Virus record (IMG/VR): IMGVR_UViG_3300036791_000423
Span: 1-61,268 of that record
From: a virus
Taxonomy: Duplodnaviria > Caudoviricetes
DNA: 61,268 bases
Strand: one strand, 5' to 3'
Both the position numbers and the translations under genes were made by a program. Shown piece by piece: positions 46,024 through 55,897 of this stretch. How positions within the stretch are numbered: the stretch's first letter is position 1; the number at the start of each line of letters is the position of its first letter. The notes under the pieces were generated by a model, which did no database searches, had not been told where the DNA came from, and saw only the letters and a program-made list of their open reading frames with translations.

Positions 46024-47607
46024 TCAAGCTCCAGACGAAGCTTGATATGGAGCTGGCGCTTGACCGATAATCGCAGTATCAATCCCGCGATCATACTGAA
46101 GACGAAACTGCGCCAACACGGCAAAGATGCGAAGCTGATTGATCAGATCAGGCGGATAGAGCACATTGACCCTATTGGGATCATTAGGGTCACGCTCTAC
46201 GATTAGATTGGCCTTAAACGCTTTGAGATTTTCGACCAACCCGTTCCACATGTCCATCTGATACTCGTTGACCAACTCAGCCTTGATGATACCGGGTGTC
46301 ACGATAGCCTGACCCGGTCCAAACTTGGTCCCATCATCGGCTAATTTGTGCCTCGGGAATTTGCTTGTAATGGCATACTTCTGATTTCGCAGAAGTTTCG
46401 CAAGCGTAGCCAAGGTAGTCACAAGCTCGTATGCATCGTCACCCATCCCATAGAGGTTGAGCTGGTATGTGGTCTGCTCCCGCAAGATCATGGGTTGATT
46501 GTCACTGCCGATTTCCTGGATAGCCAGACCATTGGAAGCGATACTGTTAAGCTCTGGGAAATCAAACCGATCCTGAAGCGGACATCCCTTGATCTTGTTC
46601 AGTGCGAGGGTCTGGAGTGGCCTCGCCGGATCATTGATCAAAGCACGCTGAGCCTTGGCCGTATACGCAGCAACGCATTCGAACATCGGAGACGGAGTAG
46701 TCGTCTCAAACGCCATAATGCTCTCAACACCACTATTAAGCGTATCTCCGAATGCGATCAACCCGGCATAGGTCCCTCGCTTAGCGCTGAACACATGACC
46801 GAACTGTTGTCGCTGCCATCCCCAGCGACCTTGATCCGTAAAACCATACTCCTGATCCCAAACAAACAGAGAGTCGGTATCGTTGTATGGCAACGCAACA
46901 TATTCGAAATCTTTTTTCTGGATATTCGAGATCGCTGTTGCGAAGTCCGGAGTACCAACACCGCCTGAGAGTAGGCCGTTGGCAGGCAACGTAATGCCAA
47001 GACCAACCGGAGTTGTCTCAGACCCGATCGGGCCATAATAGTTCATAGTGACCGTGATCTCATTGCCGTTAACGCCTTTGAACAGCGAAGTCAGCGCCAC
47101 TGTGCCAGTGGTCGCATTTGCAGTAACCGGAAGAGCGACGTTTCCGATAACATCAGTAAAAGTATTGATCGCACTTGCGATTGCATCCCCGATGTTATCG
47201 ATCGTATCCGTAGACATGATATTGATCGGAACATGAGTTCCGGCAATATAGAGATGAACCGTTCCGGCTTCTGTTGGAGGTGCGGTGATCACAATATCGC
47301 CAGAGGCGGCAACCGAAGCTGGAGGCTCAGCCACAGGAAGGCCCCAAACTTCGTTAGCGAAATTGTTCGCATAGAAAGCCTGGAACATCCGAGAAAGCTC
47401 AGAACCCGGACCAAAATGTGCATCAGCCTGAGCCTGACTACCAATCGGAATCGGAATATCAGGAGGAACATCTCCGTCTGCGGTCATGATCCCAACAATC
47501 AACGATTTAAGATTGATCGTCGTAAGACCAGCCATAGATGGATCGACTTCGACCCAATACAGTGGAACTTTGATATTGGCAGGAATGTTGGCAAAACTGA
47601 TCGGCAT
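46024..47607 (-). CDS. contractile tail sheath protein (Mu gpL-like)
   Basis: ISF..IP...VPL...E.D, DPARPLQT, VERD..DPNRVNV..PPDLINQLRIFA. Confidence 0.92.
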   Translation of the reverse strand: MPISFANIPANIKVPLYWVEVDPSMAGLTTINLKSLIVGIMTADGDVPPDIPIPIGSQAQADAHFGPGSELSRMFQAFYANNFANEVWGLPVAEPPASVAASGDIVITAPPTEAGTVHLYIAGTHVPINIMSTDTIDNIGDAIASAINTFTDVIGNVALPVTANATTGTVALTSLFKGVNGNEITVTMNYYGPIGSETTPVGLGITLPANGLLSGGVGTPDFATAISNIQKKDFEYVALPYNDTDSLFVWDQEYGFTDQGRWGWQRQQFGHVFSAKRGTYAGLIAFGDTLNSGVESIMAFETTTPSPMFECVAAYTAKAQRALINDPARPLQTLALNKIKGCPLQDRFDFPELNSIASNGLAIQEIGSDNQPMILREQTTYQLNLYGMGDDAYELVTTLATLAKLLRNQKYAITSKFPRHKLADDGTKFGPGQAIVTPGIIKAELVNEYQMDMWNGLVENLKAFKANLIVERDPNDPNRVNVLYPPDLINQLRIFAVLAQFRLQYDRGIDTAIIGQAPAPYQASSGA

Positions 47608-47613
47608 GGGTGA

Positions 47614-47931
47614 TTACTCCTCTTGCTGGACCGCAGCATGACGAGACCGACCTCGCTCGCCTTCCTGCTTCTTCTGCTCGACCAGTTTGATCGAGCCCTC
47701 TCTCAACCTTCGTTTCGTGAAGGTATCATTGGGCCACTCGATGTCTCCACTGCTGCGGAAACCTCCGGCACTGGGATGCTTAAGCAGGCGGCGCATCTGC
47801 TCTTCTGTAAATCCTTCGCCGCTATTCGGGAGCACGCGCACCCCTTCTACCTTCTTCATATCCTTTACCCGCTGAAGCCGCGCCTTCATGCGCTGTCCAG
47901 GAGTTTGAACTTCCGTCTTTACGTCAACCAT
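47614..47931 (-). CDS. small pre-sheath protein (DUF2635-like)
   Basis: W..D.F..RRLREG.I; position before the sheath. Confidence 0.55.
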   Translation of the reverse strand: MVDVKTEVQTPGQRMKARLQRVKDMKKVEGVRVLPNSGEGFTEEQMRRLLKHPSAGGFRSSGDIEWPNDTFTKRRLREGSIKLVEQKKQEGERGRSRHAAVQQEE

Positions 47932-47933
47932 GG

Positions 47934-48551
47934 CTAACTCCTCCTTGCTTCTCTCAACACATCGAGCATGTATTTAATTGTGATAGGCTGCACCGCGTTG
48001 ATATCAACATTATTGACAGCAACGGTCACATCAATTTCGTTTAGATCATCGGTGATATCTGGATACCACTCGCTGCGGCTAAAGCAATTAACTTCATACT
48101 GGAGCTCTGCAAACGGTGTCTCATTGTTAAGTCCAGTAGACCCAAAAAGATGCTTTCTTGATCCTCTGACCAAACTCTCTATACCTACGCCTTCTGGATT
48201 ATTGTTGTGCAACACATTCATCAATTTGATATCCGTCCAAAGCAGACTCATGATCTTCAGATAAGCGGCATCGATCCCCTGCTCCAATGCCACTGGATCA
48301 TTGTTGGCTTGGACCACTGAAAAACCGATTCGAGAAGTATGATTAAACCTAATACACCCAGCATTGGCATCTCCGTCCGGCACCATGATCTCATCAACAA
48401 TATAAACACCAAGATATGGAATAAGAGCTACTTGGACCGGAAACATCTTGGTTTTTCGAAATGTATAACCAGCAAAATAAGGATCGACTGTCACGACATT
48501 ATACATCGCGTCGCGAATATCCAAGGCGAATGTCTGAGTTTCAGTAATCAT
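47934..48551 (-). CDS. putative tail terminator/completion protein
   Basis: Synteny in the neck module. Confidence 0.55.
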   Translation of the reverse strand: MITETQTFALDIRDAMYNVVTVDPYFAGYTFRKTKMFPVQVALIPYLGVYIVDEIMVPDGDANAGCIRFNHTSRIGFSVVQANNDPVALEQGIDAAYLKIMSLLWTDIKLMNVLHNNNPEGVGIESLVRGSRKHLFGSTGLNNETPFAELQYEVNCFSRSEWYPDITDDLNEIDVTVAVNNVDINAVQPITIKYMLDVLREARRS

Positions 48552-48895
48552 ACCATCGCCTTTAAAGATAACGTGACCTCTCCACCGCCGTTGTGAAAGA
48601 CATCTGTGATCATGAAACTTCCGACTGGTGGAAGACCGGAAATAGGCTCTGCTGGAATATCGATCACGTCACCTTGTACCGGCAGCACGCCGAACTCGCT
48701 TGTTCTAATATCCAAGATAGTCTGCTGATCTGACAAGATACTACCATCTTCTAATAAAACGTTCAAAGAACGACTGTCGTAAATGCCTCTGTTCATCCCA
48801 GAATAAGAATTACCCAGCGTGGATGTAAAGCTGACCGGCCGACCAAATACCTCTTGGCACGGCATGTAGACAAACGTGGACATATTTACCGCCAT
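48548..48895 (-). CDS. putative head-tail joining (head closure) protein
   Basis: FG.PV.F...GI.D...QGD.I...GG...L.L; synteny. Confidence 0.6.
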   Translation of the reverse strand: MAVNMSTFVYMPCQEVFGRPVSFTSTLGNSYSGMNRGIYDSRSLNVLLEDGSILSDQQTILDIRTSEFGVLPVQGDVIDIPAEPISGLPPVGSFMITDVFHNGGGEVTLSLKAMV

Positions 48896-49254
48896 GTCAA
48901 ATCCTTTGCCATCAGCTCATCCATCCTCGCAACCAACTTGTCATAAAGCTCGGGTCTAAGGATCGGTCTCGTACTTCCTGACCTCTTGACCGTACCAATC
49001 ATGTTTGAACTTTTACGAGCTTTGATTATCTTATTGATCTTCTTTTGATCTCGCTCTACCACTCTAGAAGTCGGCCAAATCTCAGTAGACACCGCATTCT
49101 CTTCAGTCTCAGTATTTGGATAACGACGGCGCATGTCTTCCGTCTGCCAAGCAGTCAATTCATCGGCCATTTGCTTAGGAAATTCCTCGAGCTTCTTGGA
49201 CATGTCTTCAAGTCGCGCTATTAATCCGCCCATATCCAACGTGATGTATAGCAT
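48886..49254 (-). CDS. neck-module protein
   Basis: Synteny; C-terminal RPILRP. Confidence 0.55.
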   Translation of the reverse strand: MLYITLDMGGLIARLEDMSKKLEEFPKQMADELTAWQTEDMRRRYPNTETEENAVSTEIWPTSRVVERDQKKINKIIKARKSSNMIGTVKRSGSTRPILRPELYDKLVARMDELMAKDLTWR

Positions 49255-49910
49255 CAGACCTCGAACCTCACATAGTGCATCAACAGATTGTTCAATGCGT
49301 CATTAAGCACTCCGGCCGCCGATACTTTTCCAAGTGGAGCCTTGACAGCAGAGCTATCAAAATACATCACTCGACTATCCTTGTGCGAAATGCTTCTGAT
49401 CCCGCTCACTGCCAATCGGTTCATAAGCGACTGACCTTCCCTTACCAATAATGTAGTTGCCTGCTTTAAGGCTGGTGGTGCCTCATCCGGCAGATTATAC
49501 CCGCCCCAATAAGTCACAAAAATAGGTTCAGCATAAGTCTGAAGTAACTCGATCTTGCCAGACCTCTCTTCAATTGCGTAAGTGGATGGATCAAGTGCAG
49601 AGCCCGTTGGGCTCTCGATCGTGACAGTTTCTTCAGTAGTGTCAATAGGCCAATGGCTCAAGAACAATCTAGTCATGGCGTTATTATCGTCATGCTCCAC
49701 GCATCGCCAAATCTCTGTGACTTCTTCGTAGGCAAATACCCTGTTGCAAAGCGTGGCCACTATATCCGAATACTGGGTAATATATTCTTGCAGCGTGGCG
49801 TCTTGGCTTGTATCCGTAGATGGTACACCGATCAAAAGTTTTAATTCATCAAGCGAGACAAGATCAAAAACTGTTGCCGGAGTGAGTATTTTGATGACCC
49901 GGTCAGCCAC
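49254..49910 (-). CDS. head-tail connector/adaptor
   Basis: LVSLDELK..., VTY.GGY....P..LKQA; GAGGAG RBS before GTG 49910. Confidence 0.75.
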   Translation of the reverse strand: MADRVIKILTPATVFDLVSLDELKLLIGVPSTDTSQDATLQEYITQYSDIVATLCNRVFAYEEVTEIWRCVEHDDNNAMTRLFLSHWPIDTTEETVTIESPTGSALDPSTYAIEERSGKIELLQTYAEPIFVTYWGGYNLPDEAPPALKQATTLLVREGQSLMNRLAVSGIRSISHKDSRVMYFDSSAVKAPLGKVSAAGVLNDALNNLLMHYVRFEV

Positions 49911-51213
49911 GGCCAGTCTCCTCGTTGTATTGCTCGAATAGCGATCTGATACAAACCGGCTCGGCTTCTTCTCCATTGGATAAAACAGGCGTGATCGTAT
50001 AAGTATGTCTGTTCAATTTCCATGTCTTGATGGTCAACCCATCCCTACCCGGTAAACCAATGCCGCTTGATCCACGCTCTCCTTGTTCACCTCTTGGTCC
50101 CGGCTTACCTGGCTTACCTGCACTTGCAATCAATTGCCAACCATCTCCAGGACAAACTCCTGGATCATTATACTTGGCAATGAAGCTTGATCCATTTAGC
50201 GCCACGATATTCAAAAAATTATAACCAATATCCTTGTCATCTTTCCATGTACCCTTGATTTGCGGCACAACAGCATCAGCGCCAGCAGCAGCGACACAAA
50301 TCCAATCATCGTGCGGAGGCAATCGAGCCGTATCGCACATCGCTTGATACGTGCTGCCCTTATGCGTCACCACATCCCCGTGATAATTGACTCGACCTTC
50401 CACGAGCCGCCTGATCTCTCTCATCGAGCCTGGAGCGCCATCTTTACCAGATTGGCCGCCTTTACCCTCGATACCTTGATCACCCTTCTCGCCTCTCTCG
50501 CCTTGATCGCCTCGATCTCCTTTCTCTCCCTTCTCGCCTTGCGTGCCGATCTCGCCTCGATCACCTCTCTCGCCAGACTCACCGCGTTCACCTTGGGCAC
50601 CAATATCACCCTTCTCTCCCCGCTCCCCTTTGGCCCCTTGGGCACCAATATCGCCAGCGAGCCCGATAGGTCCTTGGTCTCCTTTCTCACCCTTCTCGCC
50701 ACGTTCTCCGTTGAGCCCATCTTTTCCGGGCTCTCCCTTGTCACCATTCTGGCCGGAGTCGCCCTTTTGTCCTGTCTCGCCCTTTTCTCCGGTAACTCCT
50801 GGTTCGCCTTTTTCACCCGGTTCGCCGCGACCACCTTCCTCTCCGCGATCACCTTTATCTCCGGGCTCACCCTTGGGACCTTGCTCACCGAGTTCTCCTT
50901 TTTCTCCAATAGGTCCCTGTTCGCCGCGATCTCCCTGTGGACCAACCGGACCTTGCGCACCATCTTTCCCGTCCTTCAGCTCAGCCAGACGAGCAGTAAT
51001 CAATCCAGTAAGCGTTGCATTCTGCGCCTCGAGCTTAGCAATAATCGCACTCGACTGAGCTTCCATCAATCTGCAGTGACGCTGCCATTCATCATCCTTG
51101 CGGTCGAGTATCTCGGCGAGTGCTATACGCCAAACATCAAGCAGAATTTCTTCGCCGTTGTCCAACTCGCTCGGTGAGGCGGAGAAGGTTTCTAACTTCC
51201 CGTTGGATGTCAT
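49903..51213 (-). CDS. collagen-like (Gly-X-Y) virion protein
   Basis: Long uninterrupted Gly-X-Y tract; follows the portal. Confidence 0.8.
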   Translation of the reverse strand: MTSNGKLETFSASPSELDNGEEILLDVWRIALAEILDRKDDEWQRHCRLMEAQSSAIIAKLEAQNATLTGLITARLAELKDGKDGAQGPVGPQGDRGEQGPIGEKGELGEQGPKGEPGDKGDRGEEGGRGEPGEKGEPGVTGEKGETGQKGDSGQNGDKGEPGKDGLNGERGEKGEKGDQGPIGLAGDIGAQGAKGERGEKGDIGAQGERGESGERGDRGEIGTQGEKGEKGDRGDQGERGEKGDQGIEGKGGQSGKDGAPGSMREIRRLVEGRVNYHGDVVTHKGSTYQAMCDTARLPPHDDWICVAAAGADAVVPQIKGTWKDDKDIGYNFLNIVALNGSSFIAKYNDPGVCPGDGWQLIASAGKPGKPGPRGEQGERGSSGIGLPGRDGLTIKTWKLNRHTYTITPVLSNGEEAEPVCIRSLFEQYNEETGRG

Positions 51214-52576
51214 CTTGGTTACCCTTCGGTGGAGTTGGTTTATCGTCTCCAGGAGGCGGTGGTAGCTTCGGCTGATCAGATGGACCAGAAGAAGGAGGAG
51301 AAGGAGGCGCTGGAGGAGCCGCAGGAATATTTCCAGCAGCGCTTAACGGAACAACCTGTTGCTGCACCCTTGGCTCATCTCCGAATGGGACTTTTGGAAG
51401 GTCTTCTGTATTGCGAGCCTCATTGGGCGCGTAGATACCGCCTTGAACCGCTTTTGCCAGACCATCGATTCGGTCCTTGAAGGCTGATCTAAGCAATGCC
51501 TTGGTATCAAATTCTACGTACTCGTCCGGCTGACCCTTTAGCTGGAACAGCAAACCAAATGCCTCTTCAACATGGTTGAGGCAAAAGCCAAGACCGCTGG
51601 CAATCCAACTCTGCATCAGGAGCTCGGCGGACCCAAGGGGAACGCCACCGATACCTAAGATTTGAAGCGGTACCCGGAAAGCAAGAGCGATGTGCTCATT
51701 GGTCAATTTCATCATCTCAGCCGTCGCGGCATCCTTACCACCAAAGGCCCACGGCTGGACCTTCAAGCCAGCCGTCAAGATCGGGGTACCGCCTTGATTA
51801 ATGCCTTGCACTTGCTCATTCCATCTGTCTCGCAAGGCTTGAACTTGATCCTTGTCCAATACGAGATCAGTAGATAAAACCGCAGACGGTCTTGCTTCAT
51901 TCATATAAAACGATTGCTGTTGTTTTGAAATCGCCCCGGCAATCGCCATGTCACCATAAGCCGCCAAGATTGGACTCTCGCCAACCAGAGGATTCGGAAA
52001 GCGACGATTCACGTGAAGCTTGATATGCAGCACGTCGCGCATTGGCACAACGAGATACTCTTCTTTAAACCTTTTAGCCACTATGTCATTTCCCGCTAGC
52101 CAATAAAATACGTCTCCAGTTTCGGCCAAGCGAGGATAAGACATTTCCGGATGCATCGGGTGAAGCTCATTGATCTCAAAGCGATCACTGCGGAGTGCCA
52201 ATGCATATGCATTGCCGGTCAAATAAAGCTGGCGTACTATGTTTAAAATGAAATCACTGATTGACTGATAATCATTTGGGTGTCGCAAAATGCGGGCGAG
52301 CGCAGAGTTTTTTACTCTGTCTCGTCCGCCTTTGTCGTTCGATCGCCAATGATCACCGGGACACATGGCAACTGTCTGAGCGTAAGCTGAGACACATGCC
52401 TCAACCATAGCCGAGCAAGTCGTCATAAATAGAGGATCGTAACCCTGTTGCCACCAATTTATCCCCGCACCGTTTGGCAACCATCCACCCGTAATAGGAA
52501 GATAGTATGGACCCGGACGGAAGCCGCCCTCGACAGCTTTCAGGATAGACCTGAACTTGGCGATCAATCCGGCCAT
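51137..52576 (-). CDS. HK97-family portal protein
   Basis: L..PN.YQ, GNAY, G.SP, IA.AFRVP, PNEAR..EDL.....GD. Confidence 0.92.
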   Translation of the reverse strand: MAGLIAKFRSILKAVEGGFRPGPYYLPITGGWLPNGAGINWWQQGYDPLFMTTCSAMVEACVSAYAQTVAMCPGDHWRSNDKGGRDRVKNSALARILRHPNDYQSISDFILNIVRQLYLTGNAYALALRSDRFEINELHPMHPEMSYPRLAETGDVFYWLAGNDIVAKRFKEEYLVVPMRDVLHIKLHVNRRFPNPLVGESPILAAYGDMAIAGAISKQQQSFYMNEARPSAVLSTDLVLDKDQVQALRDRWNEQVQGINQGGTPILTAGLKVQPWAFGGKDAATAEMMKLTNEHIALAFRVPLQILGIGGVPLGSAELLMQSWIASGLGFCLNHVEEAFGLLFQLKGQPDEYVEFDTKALLRSAFKDRIDGLAKAVQGGIYAPNEARNTEDLPKVPFGDEPRVQQQVVPLSAAGNIPAAPPAPPSPPSSGPSDQPKLPPPPGDDKPTPPKGNQDDIQREVRNLLRLTERVGQRRRNSA

Positions 52577-52579
52577 TGG

Positions 52580-52882
52580 TTACTCTGACTTGGGGCTGTG
52601 AGAACTGTGCTGTTGTCTAGTCTGATAGCTAGCAGGTTTACCAGCTTCCATATGCCGAGTATTGGTCTCATGCCTGATGTTTGGATCAGGATCGCTTCCG
52701 TCCTCATCGTGCTCAAGAATATGCGCACCGAGAGCGGTCATATTTAGTTCTTCTTGGGTTGGTGTTGGTTTACCCTTGGAACGCGAAGCATAATCGGATC
52801 GAGACTTTTCAGTGACCTTATGTCCCTCGGCGAGAACTTTTCTGGCATTTTCCGTCGCTTCATCATCTGCGAATTTAGTCAT
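52580..52882 (-). CDS. small acidic protein with KPTPTQEE motif
   Basis: AGGAG RBS. Confidence 0.65.
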   Translation of the reverse strand: MTKFADDEATENARKVLAEGHKVTEKSRSDYASRSKGKPTPTQEELNMTALGAHILEHDEDGSDPDPNIRHETNTRHMEAGKPASYQTRQQHSSHSPKSE

Positions 52883-52891
52883 GCATATCTC

Positions 52892-53098
52892 CTATTCTCT
52901 CTTCTTTGATCGTTGCGATATTCGTTGTTCAACTTCAGGCGGTGGCGGCTCCTGTTGTGGCGGCAAATCCTGTTCGACTTCAGGCGGTGGCGGCGTATCC
53001 GGGTCTTCATATTCACTGCCATCATGTTCCTTGACCATGACGATGACACCCATCGCAGCCAAATCATTTTCTTCTTGGGTAGGTGTTGGTTTCGGCAT
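52892..53098 (-). CDS. small acidic protein with KPTPTQEE motif
   Basis: AGGAG RBS; paralogous to 52580-52882. Confidence 0.6.
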   Translation of the reverse strand: MPKPTPTQEENDLAAMGVIVMVKEHDGSEYEDPDTPPPPEVEQDLPPQQEPPPPEVEQRISQRSKKRE

Positions 53099-53210
53099 GA
53101 TCTCCTCCTATTCGAATGCGGCCCCTCGATCTCACCGGCGTCATCGGATCATCGATCGAGGTCCGCTTGCTTTCCCTGTAACGCCCCACCAAAGTGGGCA
53201 GGTTATGCAA

Positions 53211-55337
53211 CTACCAGCTAACGGCCGTAGTATAAGCAACAGTGCCAGCTCGGCGCTGAAGCCAATTCAACGGAAGCACCATTCGCAGAGCAAGCGAATC
53301 GGTCTGGAACAGCGAACGCTGTGGCGCAGCAACCGTGCTCGGAGACGCAACCAACTCTTGCGGATTGGTATCCTCCATATGGAGCGTAGCCTGATCAGAC
53401 ATCTCCATCCTCGGAGTATCGCCGCCAACTACAACGAAATCAGCCGCGTCCATCAAGATCATCGTTTTTGCCGGAACAGTGGCGCTGTCGATGAACGGGA
53501 TGGTGGCCAAAGTACCGCCGCGAATTTCATCGCGGAACGGGAAAATTCCGGTATTAGCGGCGGAGAGCAGAGACGCCCGAAGCATATCGGTTTGATTGAC
53601 CAGCCAAACCAAATTTCGCACGTTGCCGTAAGTAGCTGCGCTAATCGCATTGATCAACGCCACGATATCACCAACAAGAGCCGTGATGCCGCCGCCAGCA
53701 GTCGCACCGGTCGCCACAACACCATTGAGGAGGCCTGCTGGCCTGATCACAGTTGCCGGATTGGCATCGATCAACACGCTATCGATTGCCACGCTAGTGT
53801 CCTGCTGAATAGCTTCGCGCAGGAGACCTTCGATCGCGGGGATGGAGTGCTCATCCATCTCTTTCGTCCAAGTCGTGATCACTGCCATTTTCTTCGGAGT
53901 AAGCGTCTGACTGGTGAACGCACCCTGCCTGACCGGGATAGCCAGACCTTCGCCAACAAACGAGCCAGCGAGGCTAGGCGTGCGAGAACGAGTGGGAATG
54001 ACAATCTTGCCAGTAGCTCCGAAGCTTAAGGTCAAGCCCTTCGGCGCAAGCCGGGTAAGAATGGCCTTCGGCATCAGTAGTGGCATCAGCGGCGCAAATG
54101 TAGTCTGCACCAGTTCCTGAGCCCAACCGGCAACGTTGGTCATCGCCGGTGCCGAAGCCGAGCGGAGCACGATATCCGCAATCAGCTTTACCGCGTCATC
54201 CTTATAATCTGGATAACGCTCGGCGATCTTGGCTCGAGTGTCCTCGAGCGTACGGCCCCAACCTTTGCAGAAATACGCTAGAGTACCAGCTTTGACAAAC
54301 AGGTCAAGCGGATCGTAACTGTCCTTAGTGCGATTATGAATCACCGAAGGTGAAGCAATACGATCATGTCCACTTGAAGGAACAAGTGAACGACTGCGAG
54401 GCGTAGGCTCTTGACTCGTAGTAGATTTTGCCAACAGCTTTTCGCTGTCAACAAGTGCATCGTGAGTTCGCTCAAGCTGAACAAGGTCTTCCTTGAGCTT
54501 CTGAACGATTTCCAGATCAGCATTGCTGACGTTCGAATCATCCATCTTATCGACATGATCTTGAAGAGCATCACGCTTGGAGGTGATCTGAGCCTCCAAA
54601 TTTATGATGCGTTGTGCTAGGCTAGACATTTGTCCGCCCTTTCTATTGCCACGATTATCTCTGGCTTGCCCGCCGTTGAGCCCGCGACGCTTGATTTTGT
54701 CTTCTTTGCCTTGCCCGGCGAAAACAAAATTTATCGTCTCGGACGAAATCTTTAAACTCTTGGCCACAGCCAACGCATTTGGGTTTGCAGGAACTGCAAC
54801 TACGCTGGTCTCGATCAATTCGCACTTTATAAATACCGTGCCCCAATCTGTGTTTTCCCGATCTTTCGCCTCGATCGGCTTAAAGCCGACGGATACAGCC
54901 CTGAGAACATCGGCATCGATCAATCTCCTGATCTCGTCGATTCTCTGACTGGTGCCTTCCGGCGCCATCTCGAGCCGTCCCTTTAATTGTTTTCCTTCGA
55001 CGCGAACATCGGCCCACGTCCCGATTGGAAAAGTGCTGTTGTGCCCAAATAGAGCGATTGGATTTCTTTTGAAAGCGCGAAGGTCCCATCCATCACTCAT
55101 GATCACATCATCAAGGCGATCAGGCGTCTCGTCGGAGAGAATAAACTCCATGCCACTTACTTTATCGGCATGAGTCTTATATTTTACTTCTCCGGCCGAA
55201 CGATCTTCCCATAGCATCTGACAAACGTCCTCATTGCCGATCTCATCGACACAATCGGACATGAACCCATCCTCATCGTCATCATCATAATCTGACGGGT
55301 CAGGTACCTGCTTGCCATGTTTGCGTTTCATAAGCAT
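53211..55337 (-). CDS. prohead protease - major capsid protein fusion (HK97 fold)
   Basis: NPIALFGH...PIG.W, AVSVGF, ELIETSVVAVPAN protease motifs; capsid FVGEG.AIPV, SLFQTDS.ALR; GAGGAG RBS at ATG 55337. Confidence 0.9.
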   Translation of the reverse strand: MLMKRKHGKQVPDPSDYDDDDEDGFMSDCVDEIGNEDVCQMLWEDRSAGEVKYKTHADKVSGMEFILSDETPDRLDDVIMSDGWDLRAFKRNPIALFGHNSTFPIGTWADVRVEGKQLKGRLEMAPEGTSQRIDEIRRLIDADVLRAVSVGFKPIEAKDRENTDWGTVFIKCELIETSVVAVPANPNALAVAKSLKISSETINFVFAGQGKEDKIKRRGLNGGQARDNRGNRKGGQMSSLAQRIINLEAQITSKRDALQDHVDKMDDSNVSNADLEIVQKLKEDLVQLERTHDALVDSEKLLAKSTTSQEPTPRSRSLVPSSGHDRIASPSVIHNRTKDSYDPLDLFVKAGTLAYFCKGWGRTLEDTRAKIAERYPDYKDDAVKLIADIVLRSASAPAMTNVAGWAQELVQTTFAPLMPLLMPKAILTRLAPKGLTLSFGATGKIVIPTRSRTPSLAGSFVGEGLAIPVRQGAFTSQTLTPKKMAVITTWTKEMDEHSIPAIEGLLREAIQQDTSVAIDSVLIDANPATVIRPAGLLNGVVATGATAGGGITALVGDIVALINAISAATYGNVRNLVWLVNQTDMLRASLLSAANTGIFPFRDEIRGGTLATIPFIDSATVPAKTMILMDAADFVVVGGDTPRMEMSDQATLHMEDTNPQELVASPSTVAAPQRSLFQTDSLALRMVLPLNWLQRRAGTVAYTTAVSW

Positions 55338-55897
55338 TGTGCTGATCTCCTCATGAAAGCCAACCAAGAGTTTCTTACGCTCACTATTGGCCAACCCTGT
55401 GCATAGAAGCTTACTAATGCCTCGGTAACTTCCACAGATGGGTTCTGAAAATCATGCCAGACGATGATACCACCGGGCCTGACCAAATCTCTGGCAATCA
55501 GGCTTTCATGAGTCACCGCTGGAAAACTGTGATCGCCATCTATGAATACAGCATCGCAAGGCTCGAGGTCACTGGCCTCAAGCTCCTGGGTAGGAGCGGT
55601 CAAAAGACTAAAGCGAGGATCATTGGCATAACACCCAGCACTCTGTGGGACCTCTTCAAGCTGGCATATTAACGTGGTCATATGATCAGGAGGCACATCG
55701 ATCCCGATATATCTCTCGAGCGTAGGCACGTTCTCGAGTACCCGCTTGGCTGTGATCCCAAGATTACAACCAAACTCAATCATCACTCTAGGTCTTACGC
55801 TCTTGACCAGATCAATTAAAATAGAACACTCATTGGCCCCGAGATATCGAGAAAATGGCCCGACCACTTGCGGAACAGATATATTCTCTGTCATCAT
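55328..55897 (-). CDS. class I SAM-dependent methyltransferase (Methyltransf_24-like)
   Basis: IEFG...G, DAVFIDGDHS, PGG.IVWHD. Confidence 0.85.
   Translation of the reverse strand: MMTENISVPQVVGPFSRYLGANECSILIDLVKSVRPRVMIEFGCNLGITAKRVLENVPTLERYIGIDVPPDHMTTLICQLEEVPQSAGCYANDPRFSLLTAPTQELEASDLEPCDAVFIDGDHSFPAVTHESLIARDLVRPGGIIVWHDFQNPSVEVTEALVSFYAQGWPIVSVRNSWLAFMRRSAQCL

Noticed and set aside
52812-54029. 405 aa + strand ORF (also 50260-51177, 50543-51058 and 57033-57920)
   Set aside because: Antisense shadows of the capsid, collagen-like and second capsid genes.
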